DNA of 64,000 nucleotides. It comes from Eledone cirrhosa. Lineage: Eukaryota. A program made the translations under genes and the position numbers. The notes under the pieces were generated by a model. It did not search any database. It saw only the letters and a program-made list of their open reading frames with translations, and was not told the DNA's origin. This document shows positions 39,496-52,340 of this stretch, in pieces. The DNA lies in contig OZ024740.1 in NCBI GenBank assembly GCA_964016885.1, positions 119,970,001-120,034,000 on the forward strand, in the 5' to 3' direction. The stretch's first letter is position 1. The number at the start of each line of letters is the position of its first letter.

Positions 39496-39950
39496 TTGAG
39501 GGGCATGTCCCTACTAAAGAGTGTAATTGCAGAAGGAAGGACAAATGCCCACTAGCAGGACACTGCCTTATCAGGAACGTGGTATATGCTTGTAACGTAA
39601 CCACAGGCACGTATACTAAGACGTATGGGGGATCAACCACTAACGAGTTCAAGACGAGGTTCAACGCCCACCAGCATAGCTTCCGATATGAGAAGCTTAA
39701 AAATACCACGTCGTTAGCGGGACATATACATAGCTTAAAACAAACAAAAACCCCCTACACACTAAGCTGGAGATGCCTTACTAAGGCTCCTCCATATAGC
39801 TTGTTGAGCAGGTGTTGTAGCCTGTGCCTATCTGAATCTCATGCCATAGTATTCTCAGGGCTCAACTTGCTCAACAGGAGATCAGAAATCTTCTCGTCCT
39901 GCCCCCATACCATACTTAGCTCTTTCTTTTTCTTCAGACCAGACACATAG
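39435..39950 (+). CDS. Cys linker + GIY-YIG endonuclease of the same PLE, in -1 frame relative to the RT ORF
   Basis: CNCRRKDKCPLAGHCL, NVVY...TYGGST, FKTRFNAH, CSLC, NRRSE, CPH; frame open from 39435. Confidence 0.85.
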   Translation, partial: GNRTGPTRQPRGRLEGHAPLIEGHVPTKECNCRRKDKCPLAGHCLIRNVVYACNVTTGTYTKTYGGSTTNEFKTRFNAHQHSFRYEKLKNTTSLAGHIHSLKQTKTPYTLSWRCLTKAPPYSLLSRCCSLCLSESHAIVFSGLNLLNRRSEIFSSCPHTILSSFFFFRPDT

Positions 39951-41162
39951 CCCTGACACCACCCAGTCCTGCACGTGGCGGCCCCGCTGGAGTACAGGGT
40001 GCTCTTTGGTAACCCCGGCCGCATGGATGCCTCGGCTCCCCGATTGGCGATGGGGACTCTGGTGAGGAACAGACGACCCTGTGTCCCACTTGCCAACCTG
40101 GGATTGATGGCAACACTGTTGCTGGGCACCCTGGGGGAAGCTGATGACTGCGATGCAGGACATTGTGAGGGCCTGGAACCACGTTGACTAATCTGAGAGG
40201 GTGCCGTCGGAGATGTATGTCAACAAACTCGAGAACTGCCTAGGGAAACAGTAACAAAGCACCCAATATGGCGGCCGCTCCCTGCCTATAGCCACTCACC
40301 CCCACCCCCTCCCTTAGTAAACCCCCGCCCAAATAGATGCCCCCCCCCCATTCTTTTGAGCTGGTTCTTTATTATCAGTGATTAGTTCTTTACTAATAGG
40401 ATTTTTTTTGTATTTCACCACGGTCGACATGATGGGCTTGGAGAGTTGACTCCCTTGAAGTCTGACCACTCGATAAGTTAGGGGTTGTGCCCCTTGAGCA
40501 GGGGTGTGTATAGCTGGTCTACCTGCTGTCTGCTACTACCCGAGACTGGACACGGTCGTAGCCACAGGCCAGCGCGTGCGCGATAGCATAGAATGTATAT
40601 TTTCTGCTAGTCACCCCGTGTAATACGATACTCTAAGATTCCATGCTTGAGATTCACCGAAGCATGCGCAGTCTTAACCGGGAGATGACATGCGAACTTG
40701 AAAATACCACAAGCGAGACCCTCTGGATAACGTAGACGCAGGACCATACCCGCAAATATATACCCTGATCTGTCTTGAATATACAGGGGTGACGGGATAT
40801 GGATAACACGACCACCATCTAAGCTGGGACCGACCTATACAGCAAACAAAGAGGGGGACAGCCCTTCGCTTTTGACCAGTCGCGTTTGGACTTGGAGTTC
40901 GTAATATACCACCCCAGTCAAATCCACACTGGTTTTTTAACAACATAGCATGTAGACCAATACATCCTGCGTAGCGAAACCTTGGACTTAGAACCGGCAG
41001 ACTCGTCTATCGCGAAAGCGTTCAACCCCTGAAACTAAAAGATCGAACGGACCACTTCCGGCAACCACTGGCTATTAGATCCACAGGTACATCTCCCAGA
41101 GAGTCCACGCAGATAATAGTGAATCCCAGGTGATCCATGAACTTTTAAACAAGACCAGCTGC

Positions 41163-41735
41163 GCCTGGAGCTATGCAGATGACGACATACGCATAATGGA
41201 TATCGTGCCTGGAGCTATGCAGATGACTGCATAAGCAGAATGGAAATCGCGCCCACACGGTCACCAGTACTGTTCATCCTGCTGTATGTATGTAAATATC
41301 CGTGCGCGGGATATCCCTGATTACATTTTCTTGACCATCAATTGTTAATCGATTGTTTGTTATTTAGGCAGGAATATACCATTGTGTCTGTGCTAATCCT
41401 ATGTGTTGCTGTGTGTGTGTAAAGTATCCGAGCGCGGGATATCCCTGAGCTAATTTTGCCTGACCGTTAATAGTGTTCTGATTACTTGTTGATTGGGCAG
41501 GAATATATATTGTTGTCTTTGTTGATCCTGTATCAATAATTTTGTGATAATTTTGTAATAATTTTGTGATAATTTTGTAATAATTTTGCGATAATTTTAT
41601 GATAATTTGATAATTTTGTAATGATTTTGTGGTAATTTTATGATGATTTGATAATTTTGTAATGATTTTGTGGTAATTTTGTAATAATTTTTAATCCTGT
41701 ATCAATAATTTTAGAATAATTTTTTGTGATAATAC
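41163..41735. repeat. Tandem duplications in PLE 3' UTR (about 44-bp x2, about 128-bp x2, 11-bp taattttgtga/taa run)
   Basis: gcctggagctatgcagatgac x2; atccg(t/a)gcgcgggatatccctga x2; repeated taattttgt(g/a)a. Confidence 0.85.
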
Positions 41736-42656
41736 ACTGTTAGATCACTGAAGCTACCTTATACCTTCTTAAAAATACATTTTAGAATTATTGTCTTTTT
41801 GCTTATGTATTTTCTTATTTACCACTTTCTTTAATCTTGCCCAACTTGATAAACTCCTTGAATTGCTTCCTAATTGAATTGCTTAAATTACTTAGATTAT
41901 TGTATCTATTATGCCTAAGTTGTATCTGTTGAAGCAGCCCTTTGAAAATTCCTCGGATATCCCAAATACCGTAATTTTTAATTTTTTAATTTTTTTATTT
42001 TTTAATTTTTAACTTTTAATGTATAATTTTCCTCAATTCGTTTTTATATATATCCTTAGAGGCTCTCTAAAATTTTAATTCTTCGAAGGGTCTCTCGGAG
42101 GAAGCTCCTATTGGAAATATTAAAGGGGCTTTTTCTGAGAGATTTATAGAAGGCTCTCTGAATTAACCTCTAATTGATTAGTTTCTTTCAACTTAGTTTT
42201 CAATTCAGTTTTCTGAATTTTGTAAACGTGATCTCGGGGGAAGGTTTTTTTCTTTCGGAAAAAAAATTTTTTTTTTTTCTCTAGAAGGAATTTCATAGGA
42301 ACTTTATATATTTTTTAGGGAAACTTTATATTTTTATTTTATTTTATTAGCCTCTTAATTTTCTTCTAGTCTAGTAGGTTTATTGGAGCCTGTAAGCTTT
42401 ATGCACTCATTGAGGGATTTTATGAGGTGCTTCTACGGGACCCCAAGTCTTTTAGTTTAATGTTGATGCGTAAATTATATATCATTGTCTAATTTTTAAA
42501 CTTCAATCCCTGACCCCGACAACTATTATAAAAGAGCCCCCTTAGAATATAGACCCCAACTACACAAGCGGAGTTGCTGATGTATACCACAATTTCAAAC
42601 TGCTAGCCTTGAGTGATACGTTGATGTAAACAATGATCTTGCAATCACATGTTATA

Positions 42657-42703
42657 TGCCTTGATAAGTCCCACCATGGGGTCGGACGAAACGGCTGTCG
42701 GCA
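42657..42703 (+). ncRNA. Hammerhead ribozyme motif (U3-A8 variant) in 3' pseudo-LTR
   Basis: Identical to 37079-37125. Confidence 0.78.
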
Positions 42704-42748
42704 ATAAACTTGTTATAATGTCATAATAGTTCCTTTGTTCTTTTTCAC

Positions 42749-42827
<79 letters not shown>

Positions 42828-45800
42828 TGAGGCGAGGAGAAAGAGAGAGATGGAAAAGAGGGGGAGATTGATTTTTGTTACTGTTTTTGAGAGAAAATTC
42901 CTAAATCAGCAACAAATTAACTGCTTTACAATTTAGAACATTAATTGCCTCTCCTCACTGCTGCACATTCCTAATGCTTAGCTTCCTCTATCATCGTGTG
43001 GCACGGTACACTAATATCACCCTATTTAATTAACTTTGGTGTAAAATTCTTTCTATGGTTAACCATCGTCATTTATCTTAGAAATTCTTTAGGAATATTA
43101 CCACACCCTTCCCAGGGCACCTTATGTATGGAGGATAATTTTACTTGCAATCACTCAATTTCAGATACTAGACAAACATTAGCCCTAATGAGATCCTTTT
43201 GACTCTTGGAGTATTTACAACTTCATATTAGTTTAACTATTCTTATTTATTTCTATTATCCAGTATTTCACCCAAAGAAGAATGATTAACATCAATCTGA
43301 AACGATTTCAATTATAATTCAGATACTCCTAGCAGTTATTGAGCTTTAGTAACTAAGCCACCTGTTTAGAAATTATATATGAAAATGGGAATGATACTAA
43401 TTCTGTGTAAAAAAAAGTTTGTTGCAGTCAATACAGTTTAACTGAAGACCTACAATGAAATACATTTCCCTTGGCAACACTAAGGAGTTTTATTGTCAGC
43501 AGATTTAATTTGGAATAGGAACCTATGGAAATTTATGCTGTTGTTGGCAAAAAATTGTGAAACTTTTTTTCTGGTCAATCAGTCATCACAAAGCTAAAAA
43601 CCAGTGTGTATTATAAAATTGTGTTAATATGTGCAAGTGTATATCTTACTGAAATAGGTAATCTAATTCTGAATAGTCATACAGCAAGTTGTTCTTAGTT
43701 TCCTTCAAGTTGAAGAAGGAAAATGTGTCCTCTAAGGCCATGCATAAACATTACAATATTCCTAATGAAATTAACAGATGGTTTTGAATTCCCAATTGTT
43801 AATTATATTGATTATCATTGTCCAAAAAATGATGATTGTGTGAATAACAAAAAAAAACACAGTTATTAATAATAAGAACAAGACCAATAACAATAATGAC
43901 AAAGGGAAATTGAAGGAAGCAATAAATATAGCACCAAGAATGAATGTCTAACATTCTAGTGCCATGGGAAATTCATCACAATTCTAATAATAATTGGTAA
44001 CTAAGTCTTGGTGTTCTCTCATTGTTAATATCAGCAATGACCAGATACTAGTATCATTTGAAAACAGAACAAAAATATGTTTGGACAATGGCATATAAAA
44101 GATATAATAGCTTTGGTTTTTAAATGCTCTTTGTTCACTCGGATTCAATGTACAACATCATTCTTATTACAAACTCTTCCTGATTACTTTGCAATATAGC
44201 AATACTAAGTTTTTCCTGTTACTCAAGGTAGCAAACAATTTGTCAGTTTCCAAATTCAGTTATATTTAGAAAAGAACTTTTACATGAAATCATTTCATTT
44301 GTCACTGCTTCCTAATAAAGTTATACACATATTTTCACATGTTCGATCATTTTAAATATCTTAGATGTTTTCATGAGAGTTTTGGGTGGGGATGCAATTG
44401 TATTTTTATAAATGAATATTTTTCGATAGCAAATAAATGGTAGACTGTAATATCAGTTAATGTATTGTATGATATCATGGGGAGCAATATTATAATTATC
44501 TAAAAAAATTGAAAACAGAACAATTTAGAAAAATAAAGGGTTTGTCATTTAATGAATTCAGTATTAACTATTACAAATATTTCATAAAGGTTCACAAATA
44601 AGGTTATCAGCTCACGCTATTAAATAAGTAGTATCACATATTTGCATATAAATTTTGATATACAGTTTACAAATTATATAGTGTCATTTAACCCTTTTGT
44701 GGCCATATGTCTAATTAAATACATTCTATTTCCAATAATTTAATTAAATGTTTCATGGATTTACTAAAATTATTAATTCTTTCATTATTAAGATATGGTT
44801 CTTTTTAAATTTAAATAACATCTCTTTACAACAGGTGGTTTTATTTTATAACCCAGAGCTGTTTTTAGCTATGTTGATATCAAATGGGTTTTAAACAATA
44901 ATACTCATTAATGTATATCAATGAATTGTAGTTTTGTTTAATTATGTAGGTGCAAGATACAGTAAAACACCTTACACTTAGATGGCAAATTGGCAGAGAG
45001 AGCGAGCGTAAGAAAAATGCCTTAAAATATTTATTAAGGTTCATTGAATTCTGAGTTCAAATCTGCCAGGGTCAAATTTGCCTTTTATCCTTTGAGGGGT
45101 ATAAAGTATCAGTCCAGGATAGTCAATAGGAAGAAATGCTAGAATTTTGGACAAGAAGCCTAGTAGTATTTCCTCTGGCACTTTTATGCTCAAAGTTTAA
45201 ACCTAGCTTTACCTTACTTAGGTAGTAAACTTAATCTGCCACTTGGTTTAACATTACCACCGGACCTCAGGTGCTTTTAGCAAAATCCAGTCTGTCATAA
45301 ATATTTGGGCTAGGTTTCCAATTTGAGAATACTCTATTTCCTCCCTTCCACCAAGCTCTGAGGCCCTGAAAAGCATCATGGACATTGCCCTTTATTTCCA
45401 AAATAAACAGTAAACAAAATTTAAAAACAAGGTCATGGGCACTGCCTTCATCTTCCTGACTACACAGTAATACAATATATTAAGTATTCAGTAGTTTAGA
45501 ACAACTATGAAGAAGTGAAGGAAAACAAACTTGTTTTACTATCTGATGAACTATATGATAAAACATTAACTGAGCGATCAATGGCTCTTTCTAATTAAGA
45601 CGTATGTCTTATCAGATACATTAAATTTTTAATCTCATTTTATAGACAATAAAAGGTTAATACTTTTTAATGGGATCATGCTATGTCTTATTTTTTCTAT
45701 GTGTTCTAATATGTTTATGATCCAAAGAAAGAGACTGTGCAGAATAGACCTGCTAGGAATAACAGTTAATCTCCCTCAAAACTACACCCACATGTCTTTA

Positions 45801-47399
45801 AAAATGAAACGCATTAGATGTAGTCCGGGATGCACAATTCCTAAAACAAATCTGGGGATGGTTATGGTAAGAATACCTTGCATTAAAAGTTTATTTGAAC
45901 AAAATTGGCTGGAGGCTAAACAACATCTACTAATACTTTTAATAGGATTTTAATTCAAAAGAAAAGTAGACAATATTTTTTTCTTTTTATGAAAACAAAA
46001 ATAATGACAAATAAATGTTACAAATTATTTATGAATAAAATCATTCAAATATGTTTGCCTATATATTATCTTTAAGTTTATCTATAAGCCATAAAATAAT
46101 AAATGTATATGTAGGAATGTATGTGTTTTGAATATTTAATCATATAAACATGAGTGTGCTTCAGGTATGGCTGAAGGCATTCATAATGAAAGTTATTTAT
46201 AGCAAATATAAAAAGAAATTGTTGTTGTTAAGATGAAATAGAAGAATTGATTTAAGGAATTAATATTTTTCAAAGTTACAAAATGATATAATTTAAAAAT
46301 AGAATATATCTAACAAATATTGATATTCATGCTTGAATCTATCTAAAATATGATAGTTCTTTTTTAGTGCTTACATACAACCTTTGACCAGAAGGTTTGT
46401 TTAATATTTGTCTGAAAAAATATTCAAAACATACAATTTGAGACTCTGAAATGAGATATTCATATACAAACTATTTCTACCATGTGAAACACAAACTAAC
46501 ATAGAGGACACAATGTTAACATTTTTAAATATAGCAGCAATATCACCCTCAAATTATTAACAATCTTAAAGTGCAGAGGATATAATGAATAATGCATTCA
46601 TAGGTACATTGTCTCAACTGAAATGACATAGTCAAAGCTAGAATGCTTGATACAGGCATAATTGAACAGAGTTGAACAGGGACTAAAAACAACAAATGAC
46701 AATGTAATAATTGCAAAATATTTAAACAGCTGTTCATCCATATTTTAAATCTTATTGTTAGCTCAAGTTGAACTCATTTCCATTGGGTAAGCACACAATT
46801 CATAAGTGAGAGTTAAGACTTGGTTTACAGAATTAAGTTATTTTTCATGAGTAATGTCTCAAAAGGTCTCCAGCAGTCCATATAGCATGGGAAAATTGAT
46901 TTGATGACAAAGATAATGATGATGCTGATGCTAGAATCTCTCACTACAAAAATTATTTTTTCAATGAAGTTTGAAAATGTTCATGTAATTCAAGCCTGTT
47001 ATATTCATTTCATTTGGCAGCATCTGAAATGCCATTGACACACAAGAGACAAAAACCTTTTCGTTATTTTATCTGCAGAAAAGCAATACCCTTACAGTTA
47101 CAGCCATTTTGCTTATAAATTATTACCTTTGAGAAAAGCATGTTTGAAACATCATAATTTGACCTGACCTTGAAATCTGTAGATGCCTGCAAAAATGATT
47201 ACCAAACAGTTCTCTTTTTCTGTTAAATAATCGACCCCAGTGCATGACAAGCACACTATTTTATCGATCCTGTAAGGTTGAAAGGCAAAGCTAACCTTGG
47301 CAGGATTAAGATTCAGAATGTAAAGGGTCGTAACTATGCTGAAATGCATGTCTTCCAAAGTTTTACGGACACTGCCAATCCACTGCCAATAAAAACAAC

Positions 47400-47912
47400 A
47401 ACAATAATAATATGTTTGACAACAACCAGATGATGCTATTTGAACAATTTGAATGGAAGAAATGAGGCAGTGATGCTATTCCTGAGGCTGAACAGACCAA
47501 CACATTTTGGAGAGGGATATGGGTGCAGGATGTTGAGCATAATAGTCGGGCAGAGTGGATTGAGACAGTTAAAAAGGAGGTTAATGAACAAGCACAGCAA
47601 CAACCTGATTTAAGTATCTTGGTTGAAACTCTTAAAAAGCAAGCCACTAAATTAACCAATTGGAAATCATCAGGCCTGGATGGCATGCAAGGATATTGGA
47701 CTAAAATTTAATGCCTCTCAACCCGATACTGATGGCGATTTTCATTGACTACTTGGTGTTGGGTGAAATACCACAGTTGTTGATAAAAATACAAAATACG
47801 AACAGAAAAAAGTGGTATAGACAAACACCAGAAAATGTGTCAGAGAAGCACAAAGCAACTATACTCTGGGATACAAGACACACAGAAAGACATATTATTG
47901 TTAGCTGACTGG

Positions 47913-47943
<31 letters not shown>

Positions 47944-48680
47944 CCGTTTAATGTCCATCTTCCACGCTTGCTTCGGTTTGGATGGGAGTTTTCCCACTTG
48001 AGGCAAGATTGGTTGTCCTGCTCGTATAGGACTGTCTGGCAGGTTTTCTACGGCTGGATGCCCTTCCTAACACCAACCACGTTTACAGTGTGGACTGGGA
48101 GGTTTTTACCGTGTTACCTACACGGCCACATTACAGCGTGGACTGTGTTTTTTTTTGTCGTGACACCTACACGACCTCATTTGTTTCGGACTGGATGTTG
48201 TGGTACCAACATAACTTCACATTGAAGGGGGTGGTGTGGATGGGGTGGGGGTAGTGTGACGAAGGGGGGTGGGGGTATTTTGTTAGAGGTTTCACTTTGT
48301 ACTTAGGCAAGGCGGGTCTTCTGTATGACTGTGTAGCGCCAAAGATCTCGGTACAGTCACATGTTAGCTGACTGGATATTATAGTGAAAAACAATAAAGA
48401 AAAAATGCCTTCTAATTGATGTATCTATCCCCGCAGACAATAATATAATTATCAAGGAAATGGTCAAATTATCGAAATATTAAATATGGAGATAAAAATA
48501 ATCAAAATCTGGATGATAAAAACAAAAAAAAAACATTCTCCACAACAATAGGTGTTCTGCAAATGAAAACAAACACAGATAGGTAATACACCAAGAGCCC
48601 CAGTACTTCCAAATATATTCAGCATGCAGAAAATAGCATCACTAGTTGCTGCACTCATAATTCAAAGAGTATTCATGATA
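47400..48680 (+). pseudogene. Decayed restriction-like-endonuclease non-LTR element (R4/Dong-like), internally deleted, interrupted by an RTE 3' end
   Basis: Remnant motifs FWRGIW...HNSRAEWI, NWKSSGLDGMQGYW, KWYRQTPENV...ILWD, DIIV...LLIDVSIP. Confidence 0.65.
47915..48361 (-). mobile_element. RTE LINE 3' end with 16-bp target-site duplication
   Basis: (CAT)n tail and family 3' UTR; tgttagctgactggat at 47899-47914 and 48362-48377. Confidence 0.92.
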
Positions 48681-49194
48681 CTATAGAAATAACAACACCA
48701 AAAGCAACACAGCAGATATACAAATCACACAGAGCTGTGCTCAGTAATGCAATGAAGACAATAAAAATAAGATTAATAATAATAATAATAATTATAATGG
48801 TTTCTAATTTAGACACAAGGCCAACAATTTTTAGTTTTGGGTGAAGGGAAATTCTATTAAACCACCCCAAGTGTATTACTGGTACTTTATTTTATCGACC
48901 CCATAATGGTGAAAGGCAAAGCTGATCTCAGCATTGATGATGATGCTGATATGCAAATATATGGATATCAGGTGTCCCATAAGAAGTGCTAGCATATCTC
49001 AGAAATTACCCTTGATGACAGCGACAAACTCAAGATGTTTTGGGATTTCACTATCCATACAGAAGGCATGTCTGAATGAAAAACAAGATGTTTTATTCAT
49101 GCCCAGAGATAGGTATGAATGACAGATTATTGATGTTACTATCGCAACAGACAAAAATATACCCGGCAAAGAAATTGGAAATTAAAAATATATG

Positions 49195-50773
49195 CCCCCG
49201 CTCCATTATCTGGTGGGCTCTTAGAAAACTAGGCGTTGACGAATGGCTTGTGAGGGCTATACAAGCCATGTATAAAGAAACAGTCAGCAAGGTTAGAATT
49301 AACAACGAATATAGTGAAGAGTTTAGCGTAAAAGTTGGCGTCCATCAGGGCTCTGTTCTCAGCCCCCTACTATTTATTATTGCCCTTCAGGCTATAACAG
49401 AGGAGTTCAAGACCGGCTGCCCATGGGAACTCCTATACGCAGACGACCTGACACTTATAGCGGAATCAATGGCCGAGCTAGAGAAGAAATTCCAAACATG
49501 GAAGCACGGCCTAGAATCAAAAGGACTTAAAATTAACCTGGCTAAGACTAAAGTTCTAGTTTGTAGGAAAGAAAATAAGGCGGCGGTCCCTTCTGGGAAA
49601 TGGTCGTGCTCGGTGTGTAGGAAAGGCGTAGGTAGAAACTCCATTTTATGTCCTAAATGCAAAGTATGGGTGCATAAAAGATGTAGTGGGATCACAGGTA
49701 AGCTAACTAAGAACATAGATTTTACATGTGGCCGGTGCTTTGGTGCAATAAGTAGCAGCAAGTGCCCACAAAATACTAGCTCTCTCAATTGCGCAGAGGG
49801 TTCTATAGAAATAGTTGACAGCTTCCGTTACCTGGGCGATAAAATCAGCAGTGGGGGAAGGTGCTCTGAAAGTACTGTAGCTAGAGTCAGAACTGGTTGG
49901 AAAAAGTTCAGAGAGCTTATACCACTATTAGCTGCTAAAGGGTTCTCCCTAAAAATGAAAGGCAGGTTGTACGATGCCTGCATACGAACAGCAATGTTGC
50001 ATGGCAGTGAGACCTGGGCATTGTGTGCAGAGGATATACGCAGACTAGAGAGGAACGAAGCTTGCATGCTCCGCTGGATGTGTAACAGTAATATACGTGA
50101 ACGGCAAAGCATAAACGAACTAAGGAAAAAATTAGAAATAAGAGGGATCAGATGCTGTTTACTCGAGAGAAGGCTACGTTGGTATGGACATGAAAGTCGA
50201 TAGCTGTATAACAAAGTGCAGGGCAATGAAGATAGACGGTAGCCACGGAATAGGCAGACCTAGAAAAACCTGGGACGAGCTGATAAACTCCGACCTGACA
50301 CACTTACACCTCACCAAGACAATGTCACTGGACCGAGACCTTTGGCGGTACTCAGTAACAGAGAAGACCCGCCTTACCTAAATACATAGTAAAATCTACT
50401 ACAGCCAGTAGGCATCTCTAACAAAATACACCCCCGTCCCACCACCACCACCCCCACACCACCCCGTTCTATGTAAAGTTATGTTGGTGCCGCGCCATCC
50501 GGGCCAAAACAAATGAGATCGTGTAGGTGTCACGACAAAAAAACACACAGTCCATGCTGTAATGTGGCCATGTAGGCAACACGGTAAAAACCTCCCAGAC
50601 CCACACTGTAAATGTGGTTGGTGTTAGGAAGGGCATCCAACTGTAGAAAACCTGCCAGATAGTCCTATGCGAGCAAGACAATCACTCTTGCCTCGAGTGG
50701 GACTACCCCTGTCCAAACCCATGCAAGCGTGGAACACGGACGTTAAATGTTGATGATGATGATGATGATGATG
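49195..50773 (+). mobile_element. RTE-clade LINE, longest copy (RT C-half, PHD-like Cys finger, C-terminal domain)
   Basis: GVHQGSVLSPLLF, LLYADD, GLKINLAKTK, CSVC...CPKCKVWVHKRC...CGRC; an 11-nt deletion near 50190 frameshifts the ORF end; (GAT)n tail. Confidence 0.95.
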
Positions 50774-51213
50774 CTGTCTTAAAAATCAAAATTTAAAGAA
50801 TGTGTTCAATATCATCAAACATCAAGGCAATTCCACTTGTCTTAAAAGCTTTGGGTTTGAAATAGTTAAAATTGTAAGGTATCTTGAGCAAATGCACCTT
50901 CGAACACAGAAAATTTACTTTGTTAGGCACTGTATATATACTTTGGCAAATACAGTCTGTCATAGGTCATTGTTGATAGACAGTTGACTACATTAATAAT
51001 AACAGATACTGATTTAAGCACAAGGCCAGCAATTTCTGGAGAGAGGATATTCGATTATATATATATCTCAGTACTTGACTGGTACTTAAAATGATCAACT
51101 CTGAAAGGAGAAAATACTAAGCTGACCTTGGCAGAGTTTGAATTCAGAATGTAAAGAGATGGAACATATATTCAAAGCATTTTATCTGACACTTTGCCTT
51201 ATCCACCAATGAT

Positions 51214-51246
<33 letters not shown>

Positions 51247-52029
51247 CACAATAATAATTGTTCTTCCTCTATGACAAATCATTTGGTTGGAAAAATATGA
51301 GATGTATCAATATGTTCTAATGGGATGTCAAAATTTTACCAATGTTTTTGACAGAAATGATCTGTAAATAGAGTTTCAGTTGAACGACTTCATGTAATAC
51401 TTTGACAGTAATAAATATTACATCTTGAGCATTTTTCCAAAAAATTTCTGATACATTTTTTTCTTCCATAGCTTCCACAAGAAATTCCAAATGAAGAGAG
51501 AAAAATGGAAATGAAAACCAAAACTAGTCAAAACTATATCTTTGCCAAAATTTATATATATTAGTAATAATAATAATAATAATGAGAAACAAACAAACAA
51601 ATAAATAAATAGAATGCTAGTAAAATAAGTAACCAAGAAATAGCCTTGCATATACTTGGAACTTTTTAGTCATAATCGTAATATATATTTCTTTCTATTT
51701 TTTGTTTGCTAATGTAATATTTAGGACGAAAGCACCATAAAATTAAATAAAGAGGTTAATATAAGACAGAAGGAAGAGAAAATAAAGAGAAATACTGTCT
51801 CCTTGACAAATTATGGTTATTTCACATTATAAAAAGTTTTTTCACCATTTAAAAAATATATTGTTCTTAAATTCATTTTCTCAATTCATATTATATACAT
51901 TATTTGTGTCTCAATGCTTTAATACTATTAATCTTATTTTCATTGTGCATTGTCCCTCCATTACAGAGCACAGCTCTGTGTGTTTTGGATACGTGCTGTG
52001 TGGTTTTTTATGGTGTTGTTTCTATTGTT

Positions 52030-52340
52030 TTAAGAGTACTCTTCATAATATGTGTGCAGTACCTAGTAGCATTATTTGTTTTATGCTGTATATATTTGTA
52101 AGGCCTGGAGTTTTAGTTATGTATCTGCCTGTGTGTGTTTTAGCATTCCCAGAGAGCCTATTATTATAGGTATTGTTTCTGTTTTCATAATCCACATTTG
52201 GATTCTTTCTATCTCTAGATCTGTATAGTTGGATAGTTTCTCCATTTCCTTGTAGATATATTGTCATCTGTGAGGATTGATACATACATCTATTAGAAGA
52301 CAGTTTTTTCTTTGTAGCATTTGATTATAATATCCAGTCA
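52030..52340 (-). pseudogene. C-terminal fragment of R4/Dong-like non-LTR element
   Basis: Peptide PGLTNIYSIKQIMLLGTAHIL; shares gactggatattata with 48370. Confidence 0.6.

Larger units (their letters stand above)
36252..42750 (+). mobile_element. Near-complete Penelope-like element (Naiad-type): inverted repeat + 5' pseudo-LTR + ORF + long 3' UTR + 3' pseudo-LTR, inserted in (TA)n
   Basis: 36252-36544 is the reverse complement of 36991-37283; 36545-37172 is a near-identical direct repeat of 42127-42750; RT-GIY-YIG ORF between them; TA tracts on both sides. Confidence 0.93.

Noticed and set aside
38961-40946. Antisense and 3' UTR ORFs of the Naiad element
   Set aside because: Shadows of the coding strand or GC-rich UTR; no recognisable motifs.
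42850-47350. Possible host exons in AT-rich unique DNA (also 52.4-57.0 kb)
   Set aside because: Only short ORFs without motifs; small exons cannot be excluded without RNA-seq or homology searches.
49076-49194. N-terminus of the 375-aa ORF as a true RTE start
   Set aside because: No AP endonuclease or early RT motifs; appears to be flanking DNA read in frame into a 5'-truncated copy.
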